DNA from: Dehalococcoidia bacterium
GTDB lineage: Bacteria; Chloroflexota; Dehalococcoidia; DSTF01; WHTK01
Assembly (NCBI GenBank): GCA_035293185.1
Contig: DATDOP010000014.1
Span: 1-31,226 of the forward strand
Direction of reading: 5' to 3'
DNA: 31,226 bases
Shown: positions 24,437 to 31,226 of the stretch, in pieces
Layout of the letters: each line of letters starts with the position of its first letter
Numbering within the stretch: the stretch's first letter is position 1
Notes under the pieces: generated by a model
What the model was told of the DNA's origin: nothing
Seen by the model: only the letters and a program-made list of their open reading frames with translations
Databases searched by the model: none
Position numbers and translations under genes: made by a program

Positions 24437-25270
24437 ATGCTGGAAACGCAACTAAAACCCAGGGACGCGCGCGTCTTGATGGTTGAGGACAGTCCCAACG
24501 ATCAGGAGATTGCGACTCGAGCGCTGAAGAACTTTGGCATCCGCCACTGGCGCCTCGCCAAGACGGCAGAGGATGCCCTGCATGAAGTGGCGAAGCACGA
24601 GTTCGATGTGGTGCTCGTCGATTACTCCCTGCCCGGCATGAACGGATTGCAGTTCGTGGAACAGCTGCGCGCGATCGCTCCGGAAACCCGCATCATCATG
24701 GTGACCGGGGCGCGTCAGGAGAGTGTGGCGGTCGCCGCGATGAAGCTGGGCGCCTCGGACTACATCAGCAAGGACGAGTTCCTCACCTCCGGCATCATCC
24801 GCTCGCTGCAGGCGGCGCTGCGAGCACGAGTAACTGCCGGCGAGACCGTGCAACGCGAAACGCTCTCTACGGCCAGCCTTGAGCCACGCGACGCGAGCAT
24901 TGAAGGGGCCTGGTTGGTCCAGGCGCTGGACGATCGGCACGGCTACACTCCGGCCGACCAGGGGATACGCGACGCTCTCGGTGAACAGTGGGCCGATGCC
25001 GTGAGCTCGTTCGTCGCCTACTTGCGAGCCAGCTACGAATCGTTTCCGGATCCGGCGACGGAACACGAGGATGCGGTAATCCGGATCCTGAACTGGGCCG
25101 GCGCCAGTCCCAGAGACGTCTTTCGTGTCTATGTCGCGGCGATCCGGGAGATGACGCAGGATGTGGAGACCAGCAGCGACCGGTCCCTGATCAAGCCGAT
25201 CTACTTCTTGACCCACATTCTCGCCTGCATGATCGAGGAGTATCAGTTGATGCTCGTGATGAAGGCGTGA
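24437..25270 (+). CDS. Response regulator: receiver plus C-terminal all-helical KaiA/RsbU-like domain
   Basis: GGAGG RBS, ATG 24437; VLMVEDS, LVDYSLPGMNG, MVTG, DYISKD; C-terminal helical region ending FLTHILACMIEEYQ. The C-domain assignment is by-eye recall. Confidence 0.85.
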   Translation: MLETQLKPRDARVLMVEDSPNDQEIATRALKNFGIRHWRLAKTAEDALHEVAKHEFDVVLVDYSLPGMNGLQFVEQLRAIAPETRIIMVTGARQESVAVAAMKLGASDYISKDEFLTSGIIRSLQAALRARVTAGETVQRETLSTASLEPRDASIEGAWLVQALDDRHGYTPADQGIRDALGEQWADAVSSFVAYLRASYESFPDPATEHEDAVIRILNWAGASPRDVFRVYVAAIREMTQDVETSSDRSLIKPIYFLTHILACMIEEYQLMLVMKA

Positions 25271-25315
25271 CGATCGCGCCCATCGATTCGCGCCGAGGCC
25301 CCGGGAGCAGCAGCA

Positions 25316-25344
25316 CGCAGCCCCTGGCTCGGCCAGGGGCTGCG
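25316..25344. terminator. 13-bp perfect GC-rich hairpin between convergent genes (likely bidirectional terminator)
   Basis: cgcagcccctggc-tcg-gccaggggctgcg; no U-tract on either side. Confidence 0.55.
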
Positions 25345-25396
25345 CGTCGTGGGGAGCTGGCGAACGCGCCGTCTGGCGCCGCGAAACCGCGTACGG

Positions 25397-26941
25397 CTAA
25401 TCCTCGCTACGTATCCAATCGGCCACGCGCTCACCGATCATGATGCAGGTCAGGTTGGTGTTGGCCCGCGGCAGGTTCGGCATCACAGACGCATCCACGA
25501 CCCGCAGGTTGTCAACGCCGTGGACGCGGCAGCGCTCGTCAACGACGGCCGCCGGGTCCGCCGCCGGGCCCATCTTCGCCGTGCCCACCGGATGAAAAGT
25601 CGTGCCTGCCGTGGCTCTGACCGCATCTTCCACCGCCGCATCGTCCGCCACAGCTTCGCCGGTCAGGCCAACCACGCCCTCCGTGAGCGCCTGCACCTCG
25701 GGCGCGTGCGCGATCTGCCAGCAGATACGCAGGCCTGCGACCATTCGCCGCATGTCTTCAGGGTGATCGAAGTAGTTCAGGAAGATGCGCGGCTGGATCT
25801 GCGGGTCCTTGCTGGTTAGCGTCAGGCGCCCTCGAGAGCGCGGACGCTGCAGTGACGCGACGAGCCTCGGCAAGACGCTTGTGCCGAGCTCGTCGGCGAT
25901 CGACGGGTTCAGGCCGGCCATATCCAGCTGATTGACCGCGAAGATCTGCAGGTCGTTGAACTCGCTGGAGCCTGGAGTTGTGGTCCGCAGGAGCATTTGC
26001 ACGGACGGGGTGTTCAGGTCGCAGACTCCGGGCCTGGGCAGCAGCATCAAACTCGCCGTCGGGTGGTCGAGGAGGTTCGCGCCCACCCCCGGTAGGTCCG
26101 CCACGGGTTCGATGCCCAGCTCCGCGAGGTCGGACTGCGGGCCGATCCCCGAACGCAACAGGATCGCCGGTGAAGCGATTGCTCCCGCGGACAGCGTGAT
26201 GCGCCGGCCCTCTACCCTTTGCAGCTCGCCGCCTGACTCGACCTCGACTCCGATCGCGCGGCTGCCTGCGAAAAGCACCCGGTTCACCAGGCAGTGCGGC
26301 CGGATTGTCAGATTCAGACGATGGCGCGCGGGCAGAAGGTAGGCGATCGCCGTCGACACGCGGATGCCACCGCGCTGGTTCATCGGGTAGGCGCCGAAGC
26401 CGGTCGACTCCGGGTGGTTGTGGTCGCTGACTTCCGGGTAGCCGAGGCTGCGGAAGGCGGCTGCAACTGCCTGGGAGAACGGATGCAGTTCATCCTGGCG
26501 CCAGCGGCGGATGTAAACCGGCCCGCTGCGGCCATGGAGGTCGCCGCCCTCGTCCTGGTCGTCCTCGAGACGCCGGAAGTAGGACAGGACGTGCTCCCAG
26601 GCCCAGGCTGGATTGCCGAGTGACGCCCATTCGTCGTAGTCGGCCGGGACGCCGCGCAGCGCGACGGTTGCGTTCACGGCCGAGGAGCCGCCCGTTGCCT
26701 TTCCCCGCGGGTAGGCAATCGAGTGGCCGGGGAGGGCCTCCGCGGTGAAGTGCCAGTCGTGTTTGACCACTGAGATGTTCTTGCCGTCCAGCAGGTCGGC
26801 CGGCGTCTCATCGATTGAGGCGAAGTCCGGGCCTGCCTCGAGCAGCAAAACGGAACGAGAAGGGTCTTCGCTGAGACGGGCCGCCAGGACTGCGCCGGAG
26901 GAGCCGGCGCCCACGATGATGTCGTCATAGACAACCGGCAT
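25397..26941 (-). CDS. GMC oxidoreductase (choline dehydrogenase-like)
   Basis: Start ATG 26941 with GGAGGT RBS; DDIIVGAGSSG, RGKATGGSSAVNA, GVGANLLDHP, FHPVGTAKMG, LRVVDASVMP, NTNLTCIMIGER. Confidence 0.93.
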   Translation of the reverse strand: MPVVYDDIIVGAGSSGAVLAARLSEDPSRSVLLLEAGPDFASIDETPADLLDGKNISVVKHDWHFTAEALPGHSIAYPRGKATGGSSAVNATVALRGVPADYDEWASLGNPAWAWEHVLSYFRRLEDDQDEGGDLHGRSGPVYIRRWRQDELHPFSQAVAAAFRSLGYPEVSDHNHPESTGFGAYPMNQRGGIRVSTAIAYLLPARHRLNLTIRPHCLVNRVLFAGSRAIGVEVESGGELQRVEGRRITLSAGAIASPAILLRSGIGPQSDLAELGIEPVADLPGVGANLLDHPTASLMLLPRPGVCDLNTPSVQMLLRTTTPGSSEFNDLQIFAVNQLDMAGLNPSIADELGTSVLPRLVASLQRPRSRGRLTLTSKDPQIQPRIFLNYFDHPEDMRRMVAGLRICWQIAHAPEVQALTEGVVGLTGEAVADDAAVEDAVRATAGTTFHPVGTAKMGPAADPAAVVDERCRVHGVDNLRVVDASVMPNLPRANTNLTCIMIGERVADWIRSED

Positions 26942-27063
26942 GCTCGACCTCCGCAGCTGCTTCTCTGCCGACCTGGACCAGTATGACGCACGCCGCGAAC
27001 CGCGCGACACCGGTGCTCATCGAGGCGGTCGCTGGGCGGCCGGAGGGCGAAGGCGGGGACGGA

Positions 27064-27092
27064 TTGACAGGGTCGTGGAGGCGGCCTAACGT
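27064..27092 (+). promoter_or_regulatory. Sigma70-type promoter for the membrane protein-GMC operon
   Basis: TTGACA-N17-TAACGT. Confidence 0.6.
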
Positions 27093-27183
27093 AGCCGCAT
27101 TCTGCGCGAACGAATAGGCAGTAAGGGGCAGCCTCGCCGCGGCGCAGGCCTCGCGCCGGGGTGCTCCTCAACGGAGTTGCTGA

Positions 27184-28035
27184 TTGATCTCTGAAACCGC
27201 GGCCCGATTCGGGTTGACCCGTTCCGAGAGACAGCTCGCGATTCTGCTCACTGCCGCGGGCTGGCTAACCATCGTCTTTGCTGTAGCCGGCGGCGTCCTC
27301 CAGAACACCTTCGAGGCGGACGGGTTCGCCGGCGGCCTCCTCGTCGCGGAAACGGCGGTTGCCGGCGTCGTCCTGCTGCTGGGCAGCACCGGCCTCAGGC
27401 AGAACCGCGCCGCGCTGGAGCTGGGCTACCTGCTCTTCTTCATCGGCGCGGCTGGCTGGCTGGCTTTGGGGGTCATCACCGGCACGCTCGCCTCAATAGT
27501 CGCCGGGGTCGTGCTTCTGGCTGCCGGCTGGGCGATGGTGATCATGCGCCGCAGGGCGATCCGGGAGCGCTTCGGGCCGACCTTCCTCAACCTGCGGCAG
27601 TTCGAGACGATGGTGCAGATTGCCGACGCCATGATCGACGGCGAAGGCGATGCGGTGCTTTCGCCGATCGACATCGCGCACAACGTCGACCGGGCGCTGG
27701 AGGTGTTGGAGACGCCACTGCGCAAAGACATTCTGCTCGTCCTCTTCCTGGTGGAGTGGTTTCTGCCCCTCGGCGCGACCCTGCGCCCGTTCACGTTCAG
27801 CGCGCTGGGCACGAATGACCGCCGCCAGGCCATAACGAAGGTCATAGCGGCCCGCGGGCTCTTCCGGGACGTGGCGAGATTCCTGAAAGTGCTCTCTTGC
27901 ATCGGTTACTACTCAACGCCGGAAGCGATGCGGTCCGTCGGCTACGTGCCTTTCGACGAGCGCGAGCGGGGCCGTGTTGACCAGACAGCGCTCACGTTCC
28001 CGGACGTGCTGCCGCTCGAGGAGATACGACGCTGA
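27184..28035 (+). CDS. Membrane protein with C-terminal gluconate-2-dehydrogenase subunit 3-like accessory domain
   Basis: About four N-terminal hydrophobic helices; C-terminal FLKVLSCIGYYSTPEAMRSVGYVP resembles the small accessory subunit of flavoprotein dehydrogenases; adjacent to a GMC gene. Confidence 0.7.
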   Translation: MISETAARFGLTRSERQLAILLTAAGWLTIVFAVAGGVLQNTFEADGFAGGLLVAETAVAGVVLLLGSTGLRQNRAALELGYLLFFIGAAGWLALGVITGTLASIVAGVVLLAAGWAMVIMRRRAIRERFGPTFLNLRQFETMVQIADAMIDGEGDAVLSPIDIAHNVDRALEVLETPLRKDILLVLFLVEWFLPLGATLRPFTFSALGTNDRRQAITKVIAARGLFRDVARFLKVLSCIGYYSTPEAMRSVGYVPFDERERGRVDQTALTFPDVLPLEEIRR

Positions 28036-29474
28036 ACGCGACGGCCGACGCCATCGTCATCGGCTCCGGGGCCGCGGGTGCCGTCATGGCGTACGAGCTC
28101 GCGCGTCGTGGCAAGAAGGTCATCGTCCTCGAGAAGGGTGTGCGTCAGGACCCGACGACCTTCGAGCACAACGAGCTGGCGATGTTCATCCGCCTGTACA
28201 AGCACTCGGGCATGCAGATGACCTCCGACCACGACATTTCGATCGCCCAGGGATCGACGGTCGGGGGGTCCACGGTTATCAACAACGCGATCTGGCTGCG
28301 GCCGGACCTCGGCCGCGTGCTGCGGGATTGGTCGAATGCCGGCGCGCAGGTCGATCGTCAGCAGCTGGAGGCGAGCTACGCCGCTGTCGAGCGGTCGGTG
28401 CAGGTTTCTCCGCTCGATACGGCCGTGGCCAACGCCGGCCTCGACGTGTTCACGCGCGGCTGCGCGGCGGCCGGTATTCCCTCCCGGGTGCTGGAGAACA
28501 ACCGCGAGGGTTGCATTGGCTGCGGTTGGTGCAACTTCGGTTGCCGGTACAACCGCAAGCTTTCGATGCTCGTGACCTTCATACCGTGGGCGGAAGCTCG
28601 TGGTGCGCAGGTCCTGGACGGTTGCGACGACGTCACGATTGACACGGCCGCGGGCCGAGCCACCGCCGTCTCCTTCGTCCGCGGCGGCGAGCGAAACGTG
28701 GTGTCTGCGGACGAAGTCGTCGTCTGCGCCGGGGCGATTGGGTCCAGCCTTGTCCTGCTGCAGAGCGGTATCAAGCAGCGGGGCAACGTCGGGCGCGGGC
28801 TGCATGCGCTTTGCGGCATAACCGTCTCAGCCGACATGGATACGGTGGTCAACGGCTTCGACGGCATCGGCCTGACCGCACTGGCGGAGGCGGGCGACGA
28901 GTGCGTGATCGAGACCTTCTTTTCGCCGCCCCTGGTCTACTCCCTGGGCCTCGGCGGCTGGTTTGCGGACCACTTTCGCAACATGCAGCGCTACGCAAAC
29001 TACGTTCAGGGCGGCGTGATGGTCGGGACGGACCCAGTGGGCAGAGTGCGGCTCGACTGGCGGAAGCGGCCGGCGATCGACCTCAAGGTCTCAAAGCGCG
29101 ACATCGAGAGGCTCAAGGCCGGCGTGAAGACCCTGGCGCGCATATTCCTCGCCGGCGGCGCCCGGCGCGTCCTTCCTGCCACTCATCGGCCGCTGGAGTT
29201 TCGCCAGGAGTCAGACCTGAGCCGGATAGACTCCCTGGTCAGACGCTCCGAAGACCTGTTCCTGGGGACGGCTCACCCGCAGGGCGGCAACGCCATGGGC
29301 AGCGATGCCAACCGTTGCGTGGTAGGCAACGACTTCCGCGTCCACGGTTTCGACAACCTCTTCGTGGTCGACGCGAGCGTGTTTCCGACCAACATCTGGG
29401 CCAACTGCCAGGCCACCGTAATGGCGCTATCGCACTACGCGGCGCGTTACGTGTCCAGCGAGGCAACGCTCTAG
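28032..29474 (+). CDS. GMC oxidoreductase with Cys cluster; probable non-canonical CTG start
   Basis: FAD motif ADAIVIGSGAAG lies upstream of the first ATG (28086); QGSTVGGSTVINN, CIGCGWCNFGC, AHPQGGNAMG, FVVDASVFPT; CTG 28032 is 8 nt after GAGGAG and overlaps the upstream TGA. Confidence 0.85.
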   Translation: MNATADAIVIGSGAAGAVMAYELARRGKKVIVLEKGVRQDPTTFEHNELAMFIRLYKHSGMQMTSDHDISIAQGSTVGGSTVINNAIWLRPDLGRVLRDWSNAGAQVDRQQLEASYAAVERSVQVSPLDTAVANAGLDVFTRGCAAAGIPSRVLENNREGCIGCGWCNFGCRYNRKLSMLVTFIPWAEARGAQVLDGCDDVTIDTAAGRATAVSFVRGGERNVVSADEVVVCAGAIGSSLVLLQSGIKQRGNVGRGLHALCGITVSADMDTVVNGFDGIGLTALAEAGDECVIETFFSPPLVYSLGLGGWFADHFRNMQRYANYVQGGVMVGTDPVGRVRLDWRKRPAIDLKVSKRDIERLKAGVKTLARIFLAGGARRVLPATHRPLEFRQESDLSRIDSLVRRSEDLFLGTAHPQGGNAMGSDANRCVVGNDFRVHGFDNLFVVDASVFPTNIWANCQATVMALSHYAARYVSSEATL

Positions 29475-30580
29475 CGCGGCGACTGCGACCTCAGCCATTC
29501 GAGGGCGTTCGGCCACTTGGAGACCTTCAGCCACGGTGGCTCCGGCGCGACGAAGTCACGGATGCGCGTGTGGCTTGAACCCCAGGCGCAATGGAGGTTC
29601 ATCCACCACCAGTCGTCGTCATCGACGGCCGCGCTTTCCGGCATTAAGAGGACCTTCGGGTAAACCAGCGTTCCCTGATTGCCGTCACCCTCGTCATCGA
29701 TGGAGGCGGTGTAGTCCCGTACGCCCCAGAAGTAGAGCAGCTTCATCGCCACCTTCTCGAGGACGATCACGATCTCCTTGAACGGGAACTTCAGGCCCTT
29801 GTCGAAGGCGAGGTGCGCTGTTTTGTGGCCCAGCGGCATGTGGTCGAGATACGCCGCGTGCGAGCCGCGAGCAACGTGGACCACGGGGCGGTCCTGCCTG
29901 CGGGTGATGCCCTCCCACGTCCGTCTCGCGCCGCCGTCGTGGCCGGCGAAGGCGACCTGGACGGGCCCTTTATCGAGATCGATCTCGATGGCGACCGTCT
30001 CCCAGTCGCCCTCGTGCGTGTTTCCGGCGTCGTTATACAGATACAGGTACCAGTACTGCAGGGCGACGGCGCTGCCGCTCTTCTCGCGATGCAGGCGGCC
30101 GTAGGTGACGCAGGCCTGCGCCGCCGGTTCCTGGCCGACCCAGGTCAGGTAGTTCTGCCACGCCCGCTTGGCGTTGCCACTGCTGAAGGGCGCTAGGTCA
30201 ATCTCCCAGCCCGCCGTCTGGCCGTTTGCCTCCACGACTTTGTTCCTGATGAAGCCGGGTTCCTCCGGCTGGCCCTTGCTGCCCCCTTTGAGCAGGCCGC
30301 GGCGCTTGGGGTACCAGGCCAGCTTGGAAATGAAGAACTCGGCGCTGCAGGGGTGATAGTCCCCGCGGCCGCCGCCGCGCCACCAGGAGCCCGGCCGTCG
30401 CGGATTCAGGGCAGGATCGTTCGGGAGGAGCAGGAGTATCGGGTTGTAGCGCTCCAGCAGCTGCTGAGCCGAGACCCGCTCGCCCAGGTAAGACAGCGTC
30501 TCGTCCTGGGCGCCAGCCTGACGGGCCTCGCCGAGTCCAGCCCCCGGCACCGTAGCTTGCGGTTCGTTATGAGTCGTCAT
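29471..30580 (-). CDS. Hypothetical protein with Vps62-like domain
   Basis: ALQYWYLYLYND...THEGDWETVAI...AFAGHDGG...PVVHVARGSHAAY pattern; N-terminal LLERYNPILLL; no signal peptide. Its TAG shares the CTAG palindrome with the convergent GMC stop. Confidence 0.7.
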   Translation of the reverse strand: MTTHNEPQATVPGAGLGEARQAGAQDETLSYLGERVSAQQLLERYNPILLLLPNDPALNPRRPGSWWRGGGRGDYHPCSAEFFISKLAWYPKRRGLLKGGSKGQPEEPGFIRNKVVEANGQTAGWEIDLAPFSSGNAKRAWQNYLTWVGQEPAAQACVTYGRLHREKSGSAVALQYWYLYLYNDAGNTHEGDWETVAIEIDLDKGPVQVAFAGHDGGARRTWEGITRRQDRPVVHVARGSHAAYLDHMPLGHKTAHLAFDKGLKFPFKEIVIVLEKVAMKLLYFWGVRDYTASIDDEGDGNQGTLVYPKVLLMPESAAVDDDDWWWMNLHCAWGSSHTRIRDFVAPEPPWLKVSKWPNALEWLRSQSPR

Positions 30581-30590
30581 CGAGTAACGC

Positions 30591-30623
30591 AGTATAGACA
30601 GACCTCAAACGGTTGTCTATGAT
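30591..30623. promoter_or_regulatory. Overlapping divergent sigma70-type promoter pair built on an inverted repeat
   Basis: Plus: TAGACA(30595-30600)-N17-TATGAT(30618-30623). Minus: TAGACA(30619-30614)-N17-TATACT(30596-30591). Confidence 0.55.
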
Positions 30624-30665
30624 TTCGCAGCGAACCCAACACGCCACGTTTATCGGGGAATTGCC

Positions 30666-31226
30666 ATGTGCGCAGCTTCGTCTGCAGCTACCTCGACACA
30701 CCATCGATCGTTGGCCCTGGTCGTTCACGGCATTGGCACGCAACCCAAGGCGTCCACTCTCAAGGTAGTGAGCGAGAACTTTCTGCCGCTGATTCGGCGC
30801 CTGGACCCGCACGCGGAGGTCGAAGCAAAGCCGCTGGACGCCGAGGGGCTGGCGGACGTCACCTTCCGCTTCGCGCCCCAGGGTTCAACGGACCATTACG
30901 AGGTGCGCTTCGCGGAGATATGGTGGGCGCAATCGTTTCAGGCGCCGGGGCTGGGTGCGCTCCTGGTGGGGGGCATTGTCGCCTTCTGGCAGCGCTGGAT
31001 TCGCGAGGGCGCGCCGGCGAAGTGGTACACGTACGTCATCCGTCTCCTGGGCGAGGCGCTAAGCGCCGTCCTGTTCAACGCGCTCGCCGTGGTCATGGCG
31101 GCGCTTCTCATCCCGCTCGGACTGGTGTTGAGTGTCATCGCCGCGCTGCCGAAGAAGCCGCTTTGGACGCCGCTGATGGCCAGCTGGCATGAAGGCGTCC
31201 TGGCGCGCGTCGGCAAGATCCAGCCC
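30666..31226 (+). CDS. Membrane protein with alpha/beta-hydrolase-like N-terminus, partial (runs off right edge)
   Basis: Not in the ORF track; manual translation MCAASSAATSTHHRSLALVVHGIGTQ...EVRFAEIWWAQSF...ALSAVLFNALAVVMAALLIPLGLVLSVIAAL... is open to the window end. Confidence 0.7.
   Translation, partial: MCAASSAATSTHHRSLALVVHGIGTQPKASTLKVVSENFLPLIRRLDPHAEVEAKPLDAEGLADVTFRFAPQGSTDHYEVRFAEIWWAQSFQAPGLGALLVGGIVAFWQRWIREGAPAKWYTYVIRLLGEALSAVLFNALAVVMAALLIPLGLVLSVIAALPKKPLWTPLMASWHEGVLARVGKIQP

Noticed and set aside
24437-25270. Calling this gene kaiA or claiming a circadian clock
   Set aside because: The similarity is by-eye recall only, the same fold occurs in RsbU, and no kaiB/kaiC is in the window.
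25397-26941. Mycofactocin-system GMC oxidoreductase (mftG) or betA
   Set aside because: No mft or bet genes are adjacent; the motifs support only a general GMC family call.

Overview
High-GC bacterial chromosomal segment. Gene style is compatible with an environmental Chloroflexota/Dehalococcoidia-like or actinobacterial genome; this is an unverified inference. No rRNA, tRNA, CRISPR array, integrase or transposase was recognised. Four blocks: (1) 1-11.6 kb: catabolic/hydrolase genes (CMD/AhpD-like, SMP-30 lactonase, FAD monooxygenase, dienelactone hydrolase, two alpha/beta hydrolases, MFS, AHL-lactonase-type MBL), interrupted by a 933-aa orphan with toxin/effector-like modular architecture ending in a minimal atypical kinase, and by a signal-less amidase-LysM protein. 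(2) 11.6-18.6 kb: a nine-gene minus-strand flavinylation locus with two divergent signal-less ApbE flavin transferases, an FMN-binding protein, an RnfD/NqrB-like membrane protein, a ferric-reductase/MsrQ-like membrane protein, two low-complexity exported proteins and an embedded ECF sigma/anti-sigma pair with a candidate cognate promoter. (3) 19.7-25.3 kb: a six-gene, apparently all-cytoplasmic phosphorelay that includes a receiver with an internal beta1-alpha1 duplication, a degenerate HD-GYP protein and a receiver fused to a KaiA/RsbU-like helical domain. (4) 25.4-31.2 kb: two divergent GMC oxidoreductases (one appears to need a CTG start), a membrane/accessory subunit, a Vps62-like protein and a partial membrane protein sharing a symmetric bidirectional promoter. 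The best candidates for undescribed biology are the two-ApbE ECF-controlled redox locus, the orphan effector-kinase and the KaiA-like phosphorelay output. All family assignments are from motif recognition by eye; no searches were run.
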